Assembly (NCBI GenBank): GCA_009914755.4
Contig: CP068257.2
Location: forward strand, 43,296,001-43,360,000
Origin: the human T2T-CHM13v2.0 reference genome, Homo sapiens
Direction of reading: 5' to 3'
DNA length: 64,000 nucleotides
This document shows, one piece after another, positions 1 through 12,920 of this stretch. Under the pieces are notes generated by a model. It was not told the origin of the DNA, did not search any database, and worked only from the letters and a program-made list of their open reading frames with translations. Each line of letters begins with the position of its first letter. Within the stretch, counting starts at the first letter, position 1. Position numbers and translations under genes: made by a program.

Positions 1-611
1 GACCCTCCCTGGGGCACCCCCTGCATCTGCAGGGGTCCAAGCCTAGCACTGGCTCTGCAAGGATTCAGCCACTCATACTGTGCCCCCCCAGCATGGGGCA
101 TCTGTGGGTCTCCCTGAAGGTGGGCACCTGGGCAGCCTTCCTGAGGGGTCAGAGCATCCTTGCAGGCATCAGTGATTCCCTCTGTCCCTTTCACCACTGG
201 CCATGGCTGGAGCAGAGCAGCACCGCATGGTTTGGCTCTGGACAGCTGTGAGGCCCCATGAGGCCCAGCATGTCTGCAGGGGCCTCTCCTAGCCCCCTCT
301 CTGCATTCTGAGGCTTCACTTGTTGAACAGAAAGAGGTAGCAGAATCCCAAATAAGAGTGCAACATGTCACCTACCAGCTCCAGCGCCTGGGGGCCAAGT
401 GTGGACTCAGAGCTTCTGTCCAGCAGAGGCCCCTGATGTGCAGCTGCACCGAGACACCCAGGCAGGGCGTCACCTGCAAGGTCAGCTGCAAGGCTGGGAC
501 TGGGGTTTGTAATCGCTGTTGTCTCTTGGCCTGCAGGATCCTCACGCGTGCCGCTTCGGTCCTGATGGGCAGGACGCAGGTCTCTCACTAGACCAGTGTT
601 TCCCTCTGTGA

Positions 612-987
<376 letters not shown>

Positions 988-1974
988 CCTGAGCTTTTTA
1001 TATACACCAACTGCCAAACATTCCACGTGAATTTCCTGAAACTTCTCTTTGGAAAGCTTCTGTTTGTATGTATAAGGCAATGTGCATGCCAGCATGTCAG
1101 TTACAGCAGGAGAGAGGGAACAAGCCATGTGGGAACTGATGGAGCCATGTCACATCCAGTGTCCTCTGCAGCCGCTATGGAGTGCCAGGAGGAATGAGGG
1201 GCAAATGGTAAGATCTTTATGACGTGAGAGAAGCCAGGTGCGGAGCAGGGAACAGTCAGGTTTAATTGGTGTGAAGAACAGGATCACTGAAAAATATTTT
1301 CTCATAGATAAAACTCTTTTTGTATAAAAGTCTACAGAATTGCGATAGGAAACCCATAATCATGGTTTCAAGTGGGCAGAGAACTAGGCTCTGGCGTCAG
1401 GGGAGGAAGGGGAACTGTTCACTGTCAACACCTTTTAGGACGTTTCCATTGGGATCGAAGGGTGGCTCACTCTGCCACTTTGACATAAGAATCACTTCTA
1501 CCTAAGGCACTTGAAAAATGGCACAGGCAAGAGCATCATCGGATCTCTCCTTTTCTTCCTGAAGACAGGAGATAAAAACGCTCAGGTGAAAGATGCCTTC
1601 CCTGTACCGGGCGAAGAAAGATTCCTCTACAGGGAAGCACGTCATAGCCAACAGAATTCTGTACAGACATTAAAGTAATTAAAGTAATTCCTGTCGTTCT
1701 TAAGCCTCCCCACACGGTTTACTTTTCCACAACTGCCTCTTTGTTCAGCCTCCTGCAAAAGCACATAGGTTTCGTCACTTCTTTGGGTCTTTGCTTCCTT
1801 AGGAGGGTCCTGTGTGACATCAAAGTGACATTAAATTTGTATACATTTCTCCTGTTAATCCATCTGATTTCAACTTAGTTCCCAGGCCCAGCCAGGAACC
1901 TAAGAGGAGGGAGGTGGATATTTGCCTCCCCTACAGTATCGTGTACGTATATGACTTTTTAAAAAAGAAAATCT

Positions 1975-2262
1975 GGGGCCACATGGCAGTGGCTCACGCC
2001 TGTCATCTCAGCATTTTGGGAGGCTGAAGTGGGACGACTGCTTGAGCCGAGTTCAAGATCAGCCTGGGCAACATAGGGAGATTGTGTCTCTGCAAAAAAA
2101 AAAACCCAAAAAATTAGCCAGGTGTGGTGGCACATGCCTGTGTTCCCAGCTATTCAGGAGGCTAAGATGGGAGGATCACTTGAGCCCAGGAGGTCACCAT
2201 TACAATGAGCTATGATTGCACCACTGTTCCAACTTGGGCAACAGAGTGAGACCCTGTCTCTT
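1975..2262 (+). mobile_element. Alu SINE (forward orientation)
   Basis: ggggccacatggcagtggctcacgcctgtcatctcagcattttgggaggctgaag ... A-rich linker ... gccaggtgtggtggcacatgcctg ... ccaacttgggcaacagagtgagaccctgtctc. Confidence 0.9.
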
Positions 2263-2852
2263 AATTTTTTTTTAATTAATTAGTTACCTGATTAACACAG
2301 TTCCTTATTGGTGAGGGATTCTCTACTGTGGTCCTTCTGCAGTCCCACCCCATACATGAATGGCTTCTTTTGAAGCTTCCTCCTTTGTACAGGTGAGTAT
2401 CTTTGTCACTGTCTTACTCTGTTTTGTGCTGCTATAACAGAATACCACAGACTAGGTAATTTATATAATGAACTGAAATTTACTGGCTCATGGTTCTGGA
2501 GACTGGGAAGTCCAAGACAGAAGAGCTAGCAACTGGCAAGGGCCTTCTTGCTGTGTCATCCCATGGTGGAACAGCAAAGAGAGGGCAAGAGTGTGCCAAA
2601 AGGGGGGCAAACTAGTCCTTTTATGAAAAATACTTTGATAACAAACCCACTCCCATGATAACAACATTAACCCTTTCCTGACGGTAGAGTCCTTGTGGCC
2701 TAATCACCTCTTAAAGGTGCCACATCTTAATACTAGTATGATGGCAATTACATTTCAACATGGGTTTCAGAGGGGACCAACATTCAAACCATAGCAGTCT
2801 CAAACACTGGGCTGGCAGTGGAAGAGGAGGCTGATCTTTAAAGAATATAAAT

Positions 2853-3144
<292 letters not shown>

Positions 3145-3280
3145 AGAATATGTTCTTTAAAAACAGGCACAATTCCATGAAGTAAACTCACATTGGAATG
3201 GTTAACAGGTAAAGTGATCCAGCTGGCTGAAACAATAGGCATTCACCGGCATCCAAAGTACATAAAGATGAGCACTTTGA

Positions 3281-3340
3281 GACTGCGCCACTGCACTCCA
3301 GCCTGGGCGACAGAGTGAGACTCTCTCACCAAAAAAAAAA
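3281..3340 (+). mobile_element. 5'-truncated Alu 3' fragment (60 bp + A10) flanked by an 11-bp target-site duplication ATGAGCACTTT (3268-3278 and 3342-3352)
   Basis: gactgcgccactgcactccagcctgggcgacagagtgagactctctcaccaaaaaaaaaa, bracketed by identical atgagcacttt on both sides. Confidence 0.8.
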
Positions 3341-4167
3341 CATGAGCACTTTCACCTCAAGAGTCGCTAGGCTCAGATGCTGAATGCACCCTGAAGGAAC
3401 TCTAAAGATACCAGCCTCTGGAGTTTTCACAGCCAACAGCATTCCTAGGTAGACTGGTTGAGAACACGGCTAGTTGGAGGGTAAAAAGAATGACTTGTGA
3501 ATGCTCACTAGGTCTTTGAATATGTAAGTAGACACGACTTCAAGCCAGTTGCTCAGCCTTGAATATATCCTAGAGTCCATCACCTTGGGCTGTGAGTGGC
3601 TTGTGCGGTCATCTGTCCATCTCTCAGCTGGGCGAGAAACTTGATGTCCTTTCTGAGAGGTGGCCCTGGCTCTGCCTGGGACCTGCTACTCTTCTCCAAA
3701 GTGCATTTTTTGTGGGTGGGTTTTCACTGTGGGTCCTGGGCAGGTGAGTGCTGGTGCCCAGTGTTGGGGAGCAGGGTAGATAGAGGTGTGGCTGCTACCT
3801 GGCTGGGCCCGGACTTGGCAGCCTTCCTTCATGGCCCTCAGCCACAGCCTGTTCCATAGTTTGTTCTCGATGTGTCAGCTTTGTGTTCCCATGAGAACAA
3901 TGGGCTCCTTGAGGACAGGCATTGCATCGTACCTGTGGTCTCTTCCCTAACGCCCCCCAGTACGCCCAGCATAGACAGCACAGGGTGCAAGCAGTCAGAT
4001 GAGCAGGGCTCCCGTTCCCAGCACGGGACCCAGCCCGTTACCTCGCTGCTATGTTTCCCACGTAAACGGAGCAATACCCAATTCTAAAGAACTGTTCTGA
4101 GGACTAAATGGAATAGTGTAAAAAATAAATTGACATGAAGTGAAGGTCAATTAAAATGCACTAGCTT

Positions 4168-4456
4168 GGCCAGGCGCAGTGTGGCTCATGCCTGTAATCC
4201 CAGCGCTTTGGGAGGCCGAGGAGGGAGGATCGCTGGAGCCCAGGAGTTTAAGACCAGCCAGACAACACAGCAAGATCCCGGCTCTAGCAAAACATTAATA
4301 AAAATTAGCCGGGCGTGGCGGTGCCCACCGGTGGTCCCACCTTCTCGAGAGGCTGAGGCGGGAGGATCGCTCGAGTCCTGGACGTCGAGGCTGCAATGAG
4401 CCGATTTCGCGCCATTGCGCTCCAGCCTGGGCGACAGCGCGAGACTCCTTCTCAAA
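4168..4456 (+). mobile_element. Alu SINE (forward orientation) directly abutting the CpG-island promoter
   Basis: ggccaggcgcagtgtggctcatgcctgtaatcccagcgctttgggaggccgaggagggagg ... ctgcaatgagccgatttcgcgccattgcgctccagcctgggcgacagcgcgagactccttctcaaa. Confidence 0.95.
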
Positions 4457-4459
4457 TAT

Positions 4460-5340
4460 AGAATTTTAAAAAGGCCATCTCGACTGCCGCGGGGGTCGCG
4501 TCCTCTCCATCCCCGACCTTGGACGCAACCCCGGGCTTGGGTCCCCCACGATCTAGACAGAAACTCGTTGTTTCTCGTGCTCCGCGCCACCCGCGTCCTC
4601 CGGTCTGTTTCTCCCAGGTGCGTCGGTGAAAGGCGGAGCGCCGCCACCCTACACCCGCGACCCTGCGCCCGCCCGAGCCGCTTCCGGGTACTTCCGGCGG
4701 CCGCGGGGCTCCCGGCAGCCGCGGCTCCTGTTTCCGCCGGGCGGCGAGAACGCAGGACCAGCTTCCGGGAGGCGCTCCGCACGTTTGCCGTGCTCCGCCG
4801 GGAAGATGGGGAAAGTGAGGGGGTTGCGCGCCCGAGTGCACCAGGCTGCCGTGAGGCCGAAAGGGGAGGCCGCCCCCGGCCCCGCGCCCCCTGCCCCGGA
4901 GGCGACCCCTCCGCCGGCCTCGGCCGCGGGGAAGGTGAGCTGGGGAGGCGCTGGCCGGGGGCTGCCGCGTGGGTCCGAGGGCGGGTGAGCTGCGGGGCGC
5001 CGCCTCCGGGAGGGTTCCGCGACCCCGGCCTTCCCTCGGGCTCTGCGGGCATTTGCTGCGCTACAGACGCGACCTTCTTGCTTCGCGAAGCGTCGTAAAC
5101 TCCGAGGCTCCGCTCTGCGCTGCCGTCCTGGGCACACGGACTCGCGCCGCTCCCGGGGAGGGGAGAGAGCCAGGAACCTCCCGCTGCGGTCCAGGGTTGC
5201 CACGCGGACCCCAGAGGTTCCTGAATCGCACTGAGCTCCCCGGAAAGGAAAGGACGTTCCCAGAGTTAGAGAAGAACGGAGAGCAAACTGAAGAGAGACC
5301 CCGTTCCCTTTAGCAGTCAGCTGGCCTGTTTCTCCATCCC
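4460..5340 (+). promoter_or_regulatory. SLX9: CpG-island promoter and 5' end of the six-exon gene (TATA-less; three CTTCCGG ETS/GABP-type core motifs at 4681-4687, 4691-4697, 4762-4768 within 130 bp upstream of the ATG)
   Basis: Sharp rise in GC and CpG density starting right after the Alu that ends at 4456. The first coding exon lies inside it. The ATG at 4806 has A at -3 and G at +4. There is no TATA box. ETS motifs were read directly from the sequence. Confidence 0.6.
4806..4934 (+). CDS. SLX9: Exon 1 coding part (43 aa: MGKVRGLRARVHQAAVRPKGEAAPGPAPPAPEATPPPASAAGK), phase-0 end, donor AAG|GTGAGC at 4935
   Basis: ATG in good Kozak context inside the CpG island. The open frame ends exactly at a consensus GTGAGC donor. 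The N-terminus matches my recollection of SLX9/FAM207A (C21orf70). Frame continuity through all six exons to a stop is self-consistent (693 nt = 230 aa + stop). Confidence 0.75.
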
Positions 5341-7144
5341 CCTCAGCCCTAAGCAAGCACGAATCTACCTTTTGTCTTTATTCTAGACACTGCATGTGAG
5401 TGGAATTATTGCTTTCAGGATTTTTTTTTTTTTTTTTGGCTTTTGCCTTAAATATTTTGACCGATGTGTCTTGGTGTAGGTATCTGCATTTATTTTGCGT
5501 GTTCACTGAGCTTCTTGCGTGTGTAGGTTAATGTTTTTCGTTACATTGGCAAGTCTTCAGCCATTATTTCCTTGAATATTTTTTTCTGCCCCTTTCTGTC
5601 ACTCCTCTCTTTCGGATACTTCCATTATAAATATGTACGTCGTGCTTAATGGTGTCCCACAGTGCTCTGAGGCGCTGTTCACTCAGTTTTTCTCTTTTCT
5701 TCAGATGGCATAATCTATCTTAATTCAAGTTTACTGATGTTCTGCCAGCCCAGAGGTGCTTTTGAACCTTTCCAGTGAAATTTTCATTTTTTTTGACTCC
5801 AGAATTTATTTACTTTCTTTCTCTTCTCCTGTTCCTCCTCATTTTAAAAAATACTCTTTACTGATGTTTTCTGTTTGATGTGAGAATGTCATTATACCTT
5901 CGTTTAGTTCTTTAGACACGGTCTCTTTTAGTCCTTAGAAATATTTGTAATGCCTACTCTGAATTCTTTACATGTGGGCTGCTCAAAGCAGTTTCTGTTG
6001 CCTGGCTCATGCTGGCAGGTAGGAGCAGGTGGGCCTTCTTTGAATGTATCACTTTTTGTGGAAAATTGGGCATTTTGGATAGTCCTGTAGCAACCAGGGA
6101 TTAGTATCTGCTTGATTACTTTGTTTATTGATCTGGAACTGAACTATGTGACCTCTCTCCTTGTCCCCTTCTGGCTGTGTGCAGCCTCTGATGTGCCCCC
6201 TTGGTTTTTTTTTTTTCTTCCTGTTTTTCTCTTTTAGCCTGGCTAGTTGGATCTGCTTAAGCTCCTCACTGGTCAGCAATTGTTCTTAAAGCCTCCTTGG
6301 CCAGGGGGTTTTTGCCTTTTACCACTGGATACCTCTGGCTTGGAGGTGGCTGTCAGATTCAGCGTGTTCACATTTTTGACCTTCATTTCTGCCCTCAGAG
6401 GCACAGCCAAGGACTAGTAGCTTACAGAGTCCCTCTGCTCACTCCTGGTAGGGTGCGTCCTTGAACATGCGCACAGCCTCCAGACTGCCAGGGATGCGAC
6501 CTCCTGGGAGTTGTTCCTGGGTCAGAGGGGCTTACTGTCTACCCAGGAGCCTTGGGCACCCTGCCCTCTGCATCTGTCACCACCCAGAGCTCCTTCCTGG
6601 TCAGCAACACCCTTAGGCGTGAGAGCCCTCACACGAGCTCCAGACAAGGCGAGTCCCTTCTGGCAGAGCTATGGAGTTCTTCCTTTTTGCAGCCTACCGC
6701 TCCTGGGCAAGAGCTCCGTGTCAGGACACCAGAGATGGGGCAGGAGCAGCTTCAGCTTCTCAGGTGACATCTCTCTCTACTAGCAGGAGAGGGGCGTGCC
6801 TTTAGTTGTCTTGGCTCATTGAAACCTGTGCCAGCATTTTTTTATTAAGCTCCAAAAATATGCATTAATGAGATATAAAGTGCTACCATGGAGAATGTCC
6901 CAGGTACAGTGGGAAAAGCAGTCGTCTGCCGTATACCAACATACATTCATGATCTGGAAGGCTGCATGCTGCACCCCTTGTCCCCACCTGGTCCCTGTTT
7001 GCCTGTGAGGCCTCAGCCTACCTGTGCTGCCTCAGCCACCTGCCTGCCCATCTGAAGGCTGCCCTGGTCTCCAGCACTGTTCCCCCGTGAGTCTGATATT
7101 TTCCCATGTACCGACTTTTCTGTCTCTGCCACGTAACCCTCCAA

Positions 7145-7218
7145 GACCAAGGACTTCTCCCTCAGGTGCTGTGGGTGAGGGAGACCAAGGACTTCTCCCT
7201 CAGGTGCTGTGGGTGAGA
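7145..7218. repeat. Tandem duplication, ~38-bp unit x2 (gaccaaggacttctccctcaggtgctgtgggtgag)
   Basis: Identical 35-bp cores at 7145-7179 and 7183-7217. Confidence 0.8.
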
Positions 7219-8433
7219 GCACCTGGGGAGTTGCAGTCCAGCCTGGCACCTCTTGGTGCCCTGGCTGCCTTCTACCTCATCTGCATCCTGTCTCCTCTGT
7301 AATGTGAAGGAGGCCATATTTTACCTCTACCTTCAAGGTTTTTAGGTTGGGCCTGAGATTTAGAATTACATAAAACAGATTAACAGGAGAAAAGCGTACC
7401 CATTCATTGAAGTTTTATGTGACATGGGAGCCTTATAAGGAAATGAAGACAAGGAAGTGGGAGAACTTTGTGCTTCTTTGAGAGGGTGAGAGGTTGAACG
7501 GAGGTGGTTGTGGAAAACTAAACCACGTGGGGAGGCTGCAGGAGGGGAGGGGTTGTGTTCACCAGGTGTGTCTGTACAGAGTGCTCTTGGCTCCTCTGAT
7601 CCATCCCTGATGATAAGAATGTCACTTACCTTCTGGTGTAGGAGGGCATCTTCCATATGGGGGTTTTATCTCCTTTCAGGAAAAACAGGGAGGGGGTTAA
7701 TATGCCCTCTTGGTACCTGCTATATTTTTAAGTGCCTTTAGCTCAAAATAATTAGTGACATGTTTTGGGGTGGCGTATTCTGACCCCCTTCAGAAACCTC
7801 TGTTGAGGTCGATGCTGCCTTCCCTGCCAAGGTCAGTGAGGCTTGCACATGAATGGGCTGGGCAGCACGGGGGTCAGGGACGGGGGGGTTCTGTCTCCTC
7901 ACGGTTTGGTCGGCAGCTGACTTGGAGGAACTGAAATCTTCATGCAGGGATGAGTGTGGCTCAGAACCAGACCTGGCAGAGAGGCTGCTGAGATGACTAG
8001 TTCTGATGGGATGTGGTCAGTCTGAGCTGAAAGAGCTGTCAGGCTGGGAGCTGCCTATCCTTCATCTGCTCAGCTGCAGGTTTCTTCTGTGACACAGGAG
8101 AATGTTGTAGAAAGAGTAAGACGAAATGGTTGGGAAGGAAATTTGGTTCTTGAGATACTGGTCCTGACTCCTGAAGAACCAGGAGTGAAGCCCGTCTGGT
8201 GATTGAAGGCAGGGAGCAGGTGGGCCTGGGCGCTGCGGGTCTGCCCTGGAGCTCTGGAACCGGAGGCTTCTGCTCTGGGAGGTGAGGGTTGTTTCCCCCA
8301 GGTCCTCCCGGGCAGAGAAGCTGGGGAATCCAGGTTCTTGTCTTGCATCTTCTCCTCACCTTTAACGTCCCTCTGAAACCACAGAGCAAGTCTCACACCT
8401 CTTCTTTTCGTCCGTTTTTGTTGGGGACATTAG

Positions 8434-8587
8434 GACTGGGCGTTCATCAACACCAACATCTTTGCCAGGACCAAGATAGACCCCAGCGCCTTGGTGCAGA
8501 AGCTGGAGCTGGACGTGAGGAGTGTCACTTCCGTCAGGAGAGGTGAGGCAGGCTCGAGTGCACGGAGCGTCCCTTCCATCAGGAGAG
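8434..8587 (+). CDS. SLX9: Exon 2 (long form, 154 nt; acceptor ...ttggggacattag|GACTGG; donor AGGAGAG|gtgaggcagg at 8588). Alternative in-frame upstream donor AGGAGAG|gtgaggcagg at 8543 gives a 109-nt exon lacking 15 aa (GEAGSSARSVPSIRR)
   Basis: A polypyrimidine tract plus AG precedes the exon. Translation is DWAFINTNIFARTKIDPSALVQKLELDVRSVTSVRRG(EAGSSARSVPSIRRG). Both donors leave phase 1, which joins correctly to exon 3. Only the long form gives the 230-aa total, which I recall as the canonical length. Confidence 0.7.
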
Positions 8588-8605
8588 GTGAGGCAGGCTC
8601 GACGG
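8515..8605 (+). repeat. SLX9: 45-bp tandem duplication straddling the exon 2 / intron 2 boundary (~2.4 copies; GTGAGG donor-like motif at 8515, 8543 and 8588)
   Basis: gtgaggcaggctcgagtgcacggagcgtcccttccatcaggagag (8543-8587) is followed by a second gtgaggcaggctcgacgg. The preceding exon sequence gtgaggagtgtcacttccgtcaggagag is a diverged copy of the same unit. Confidence 0.85.
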
Positions 8606-10425
8606 GTTACCATGCTGATACCCAGCAGGTCTGGGATTGTTCCCTCAGGCACCCGAGGTCTCAGCAGCTTTCCAGCTAACCTGTACCTGACAATGTCCTT
8701 GAGCAAGGGATGCCCCTGGCTGTTTCTTGGGGCGATTCCCCAGAGTAGATTACAGCTGTGGTTTTGCCCCTGGGCTGCATCATGTCTCCGCAGCTCTGCA
8801 AGAACTGCTCTGCGTCCTGGCAGCCACGCTGAAGCCACAGGAACTTGGGCTTTGGTGACCAACAGGGTTTGAACTGTTTTCTCCGTGTGTGCTGATTCTT
8901 TCGGTCTGTCTGTATGTTTGGGGCAGTTTTGATCCTTTTCTTAAACAAGTGCTTTATGTGTTGCAGAGGTTAGCTGCTTATCATTTTGTACAAATAACTC
9001 TTGAGGGTTTAGATCCTGAAGCCGAAGCAGGGTCCTCTCAGTTTCATCAGATCCATGCGCAGCCCTTCCCGTCTCCTGGTTGTGCTCCTTGCAGCCCTGC
9101 AGCACACACGTCAGCCTGGCCAGTGAGAGGGTCTGGGAACTCCCACTCACTCCAGTGTCCGGAGCTTAGCAGGGAACGCCGTCCCCCTGCACCTCCTACT
9201 GAGTCTGAGGTGTTTTAGAGAGTTCCCGGCCACCATGGTCAATGCTGGGAGTGTTGACTTTCTGGCTGGAGGATGGTGAGCAGTGTCACTTCCCAGGGAT
9301 AAATCCAGGAAAAAGCTTCCTTCACTCATCTAAGGGAGTCGGTGAGGAGCACAAGGAATACTTTTTACATCTTGACAGCCTTGGGAAGTCATAGGTTGGG
9401 GAGGGAGAGGGCCTGGCTGTGGGGGCAGAGCTCAGGGCACCAGTGTGACAGTGAAGACTGCATGTGGCTTCACAGTCGGCAGAGCTGGGAGCGCCAGGAC
9501 AGGGCAGGAGCCGGGTCTGGGGCCTGTAGATGGCCCGTTAAGATCGTGGGCTCTGGGCCTCTGCCCCTCACCGCCTGGTAGCCTCTGGCTGGACACTTGA
9601 TCGCTCTGGGCCTGGGCTTTGCATCTGTCAAAGGAGGTAACAGTATTTATCTCCTAAGTTCTGGCAGTTTTGAGTTTGAGATGAGGTAGTTGGTGTGAAA
9701 CGTTTAAAACAGTGCAGTGAAGGCTGTGGAGGCGCCCGCTCTGCATCTGTTGAACGAGGCTGGTCTGGTGGGAAGGCTGGGGACGAGTGGGTTTTGCAGC
9801 TGCCCAGAGGTGGGCCAGCCCTAATTCCTTGGGCACAAGTCATGTGATCACGGGTGCTCTGTGACCCTTAGCTCCATTGTCCACAAAGCGGCGACAGACA
9901 TAGCTCATAGATGCTAAGGGCCTCACTGTGCCTCTAGAAAGATCCAGGTACATTTAACCAGTGCAGGTTTCCTGCTCCTTCTCTCCAAGGAGGACCTGGT
10001 GAGGTGACCAGGCCAGGTAACTCCAGAGAGAAGCTGTGCCTTCCAGCCAGGAACGCTTGATGTGGGTGGTCCGCCCGAGCTGTGTCCCTGGTTGCTGACA
10101 AGGCCCTTAAGGCTGTCCCCAAGGGGATGGGAGTCGTGGGTCTCAGTGACCTGGCTCTGGCCTGAGCTTCTCAGAGCTCTTTCACACAGCAGCCTCTTTC
10201 CTCTGCCTTTTCTTGGCCCTCTCCCTTCAAGCCCCTGTGGCTCATCTGGTCCCCAAGGTCACCTGCTGCACTGACTGTCACGTCCCCTCTTCCCCTCCTA
10301 ATTTAGGGAGACGTCACGCTCACGACCCGTCTTGCCTACCAGGGAAACTCCTCTTTAGCAACATCTGGCCTCGCAGCGTTCTTGGGCTGAGGTCGTGCCC
10401 AGCAGCCCTGTGGCCTCTCCTTTGA

Positions 10426-10783
<358 letters not shown>

Positions 10784-12265
10784 TGGTCTTTGTTTTTCGT
10801 AAGCTCAAACCTCATTAATTTAGAGTAACTGGTGGGAGAGGGTAGAAGCTTGAACTTTACAATGTCAAAGATTGATTTCAAATTTCAGAACCATGTTATC
10901 AGAGTAGAGCATAGAAGTGTTTTCTTGAAATAATTGAACAATAAGTTGAAAAAATTTGAAGATTCTATTGTTTGTGAGTCTGTTGGGTAATTAATTTTTT
11001 TCTTAATTCACATACCCTTATTTGTGCATAAAAATCTTAAAGCTTGTGCTGACGGGACTGTAGCGTGGCCCGTTCTGGCGCTCCCCAGCCCTGAGCTCGT
11101 GCTGACAGTAGCGTGGCCCGTTCTGGCGCTTCCTGCTTGTGTGCAGGTGTTTCCCATAGCCCGCCTTGAGGGGCACGAGGATGGGAATTATTTGAGCCGT
11201 GCGGCAGGGTCAGGGTTTTGGGTGTTGGGGAGGAGCCTTGGCCTGGGGAGGCACTTAGTGCTTCTGGCCAGGAGCCGGTGGCTTTGTGCACTGCCCATGG
11301 CTGTGATTTCTGCCTTGGTGCCCCAGGGGGATTCAGGAGAAGGTGCTCCAAAATGGTGCCTTGGAGGTTGTCCCTGAGGTGTGTTCCAGGAGGCTGTCCT
11401 GTGGGAGGGGCGTTCTGAGCTCATCGCCGCGGGCCCCCATTACAGCCCTCCTGGAGCGAGGCCTCTGGCCAGCCGTCTCTGGCTGTGGCTCTCAGCCCAG
11501 GGTTCTGGTGCATATTCCTTCCACCGCCCTGCTGTGGGTTTTCTGCACTGAAGAGCCCCGGGCTGGATGAAGGGGACCATGGGACCTCACAGAGGGCTCA
11601 GACGGAGGGACAGGCCTCCACTTCCCCTGCCCTGGGATGTGAAGCACCAGCTTGGCAGGGTGGCAGGGCCCACAGACCCTCATGGGTGGGACCTGCAGAC
11701 CCTTAGAGGAGTAGCCCCACAGGCGGAGGGGCTTGCCCTGGTCTGGGGGCCCCAGCCCCTTTTCTTCAGGCCTCCGAGGTATCCAGGCGCCTCAGTGGGG
11801 TCCTTTGCATCTTGGCTGCTCCTCACCATGTTCCTCCCTCTCTCCAGGAACAGTTCTGTTTTTTTGGTGTGGTCTCCTCAGCTCCTGATTGGCTGGTGCC
11901 CTGCGTCCCTACCCCCACCCCACCCCGGGTTTGTGCTGGGGCCTGAGTGCCCATGTCATGCAGATACTGCATCCTGTGACTTGGCCGCCACCCTTCAATG
12001 ACCCGCCTGGCTATGGAGGTGAGGTGGCGGCCTGTGGGTGCCTGTCTGCCTGGCTTAGTGCAACACCGCCTTCCCAAGATGTGTCTCATCGTCCGTGCCC
12101 TGCCTGAGTCAGGAATAGCACTGCATGCTGCGTCTCTGGCCAAGGAGCTGGGTGGCCCAGGGGAGGGGTCTAGGCTGTGGCCCATCACCTGGTGGACACC
12201 CGTGTGCCCATCTGCACCCCTCCTCCCCCACTCTAGCCCTGGGAAGTGGTGGGGCTTGTTAGTCC

Positions 12266-12401
12266 CTGTGACTGACAAGTTCGTGGCATCGTTCCTATCC
12301 TGTGACTGACAAGTTCATGGCATCGTTCCTATCCTGTGACTGACAAGTTCATGGCATCGTTCCTATCCTGTGACTGACAAGTTCATGGCATCGTTCCTAT
12401 G
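12266..12401. repeat. Minisatellite, 35-bp unit x4 (ctgtgactgacaagttcRtggcatcgttcctatc)
   Basis: Four near-perfect head-to-tail copies, read directly. Confidence 0.9.
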
Positions 12402-12920
12402 TTTTTTTTCAAGCCCTTCGGATCCCAGCTCGCCAGGAAGCCACATCTGACCCCCTGTTCCCTTCCTGTGCCCTGGAGCCTGCCTTACCCTTACGGGCAT
12501 CCTGGGAGGGACCCTCTGAGCTCTGCAGCCTCCTGCTACGGGAGGAGGAGGGCATGGGTGCAGGGCTGAGGCTGGCCTAGAGTCCCCTCCCCGCCCCAGC
12601 TCTCTAAGACCCCCTGCACCTCCCCAGCAGGACTCAGCTTTGCCTGTGGGCCGGGTTGTGCATGCAGGGGCTTTGCGGCAGCCTGTGGACCCCATGTCGG
12701 GGCTACAGCTCCTCCATGTCCGCTCTGGGGGTGGCGAGGGACCTGTGGCAGAGCCGGGGTGAGCACCCGTCTCCTGAGCCTCCCCCAACGCAGTGCCACC
12801 TGCTGTGCGTGCTGTGTGGCCAGCTCTAGCTGGCTTGTGCAATACCAGAGCCTGGCAGCCGGCCGGGTGTCCAGTGGTGGCTGATCCTCCAGCCTTGGGC
12901 ACGGCTCCAATCCTTGGCAT

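Noticed and set aside
3850-4135. Possible ancient MIR-like SINE (ctccttgaggacagg ... ccagcatagacagcacagggtgc ... aaataaattg) just upstream of the promoter Alu
   Set aside because: It resembles MIR 3' ends only loosely and retains many CpGs. I cannot align it confidently by eye, so it is not reported as a feature.
4626-4808. Upstream extension of exon 1 ORF (track start at 4626, MKGGAPPPYT...)
   Set aside because: That start is a GTG, not ATG. The first in-frame ATG with a Kozak context is 4806, and the upstream peptide is low-complexity promoter sequence.
4186-5356. 288-aa and 235-aa minus-strand ORFs and 227-aa plus-strand ORF across the promoter region
   Set aside because: GC-rich CpG island (low stop-codon frequency) overlapping an Alu. 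The only ORF segment supported by splice logic and a Kozak ATG is 4806-4934.
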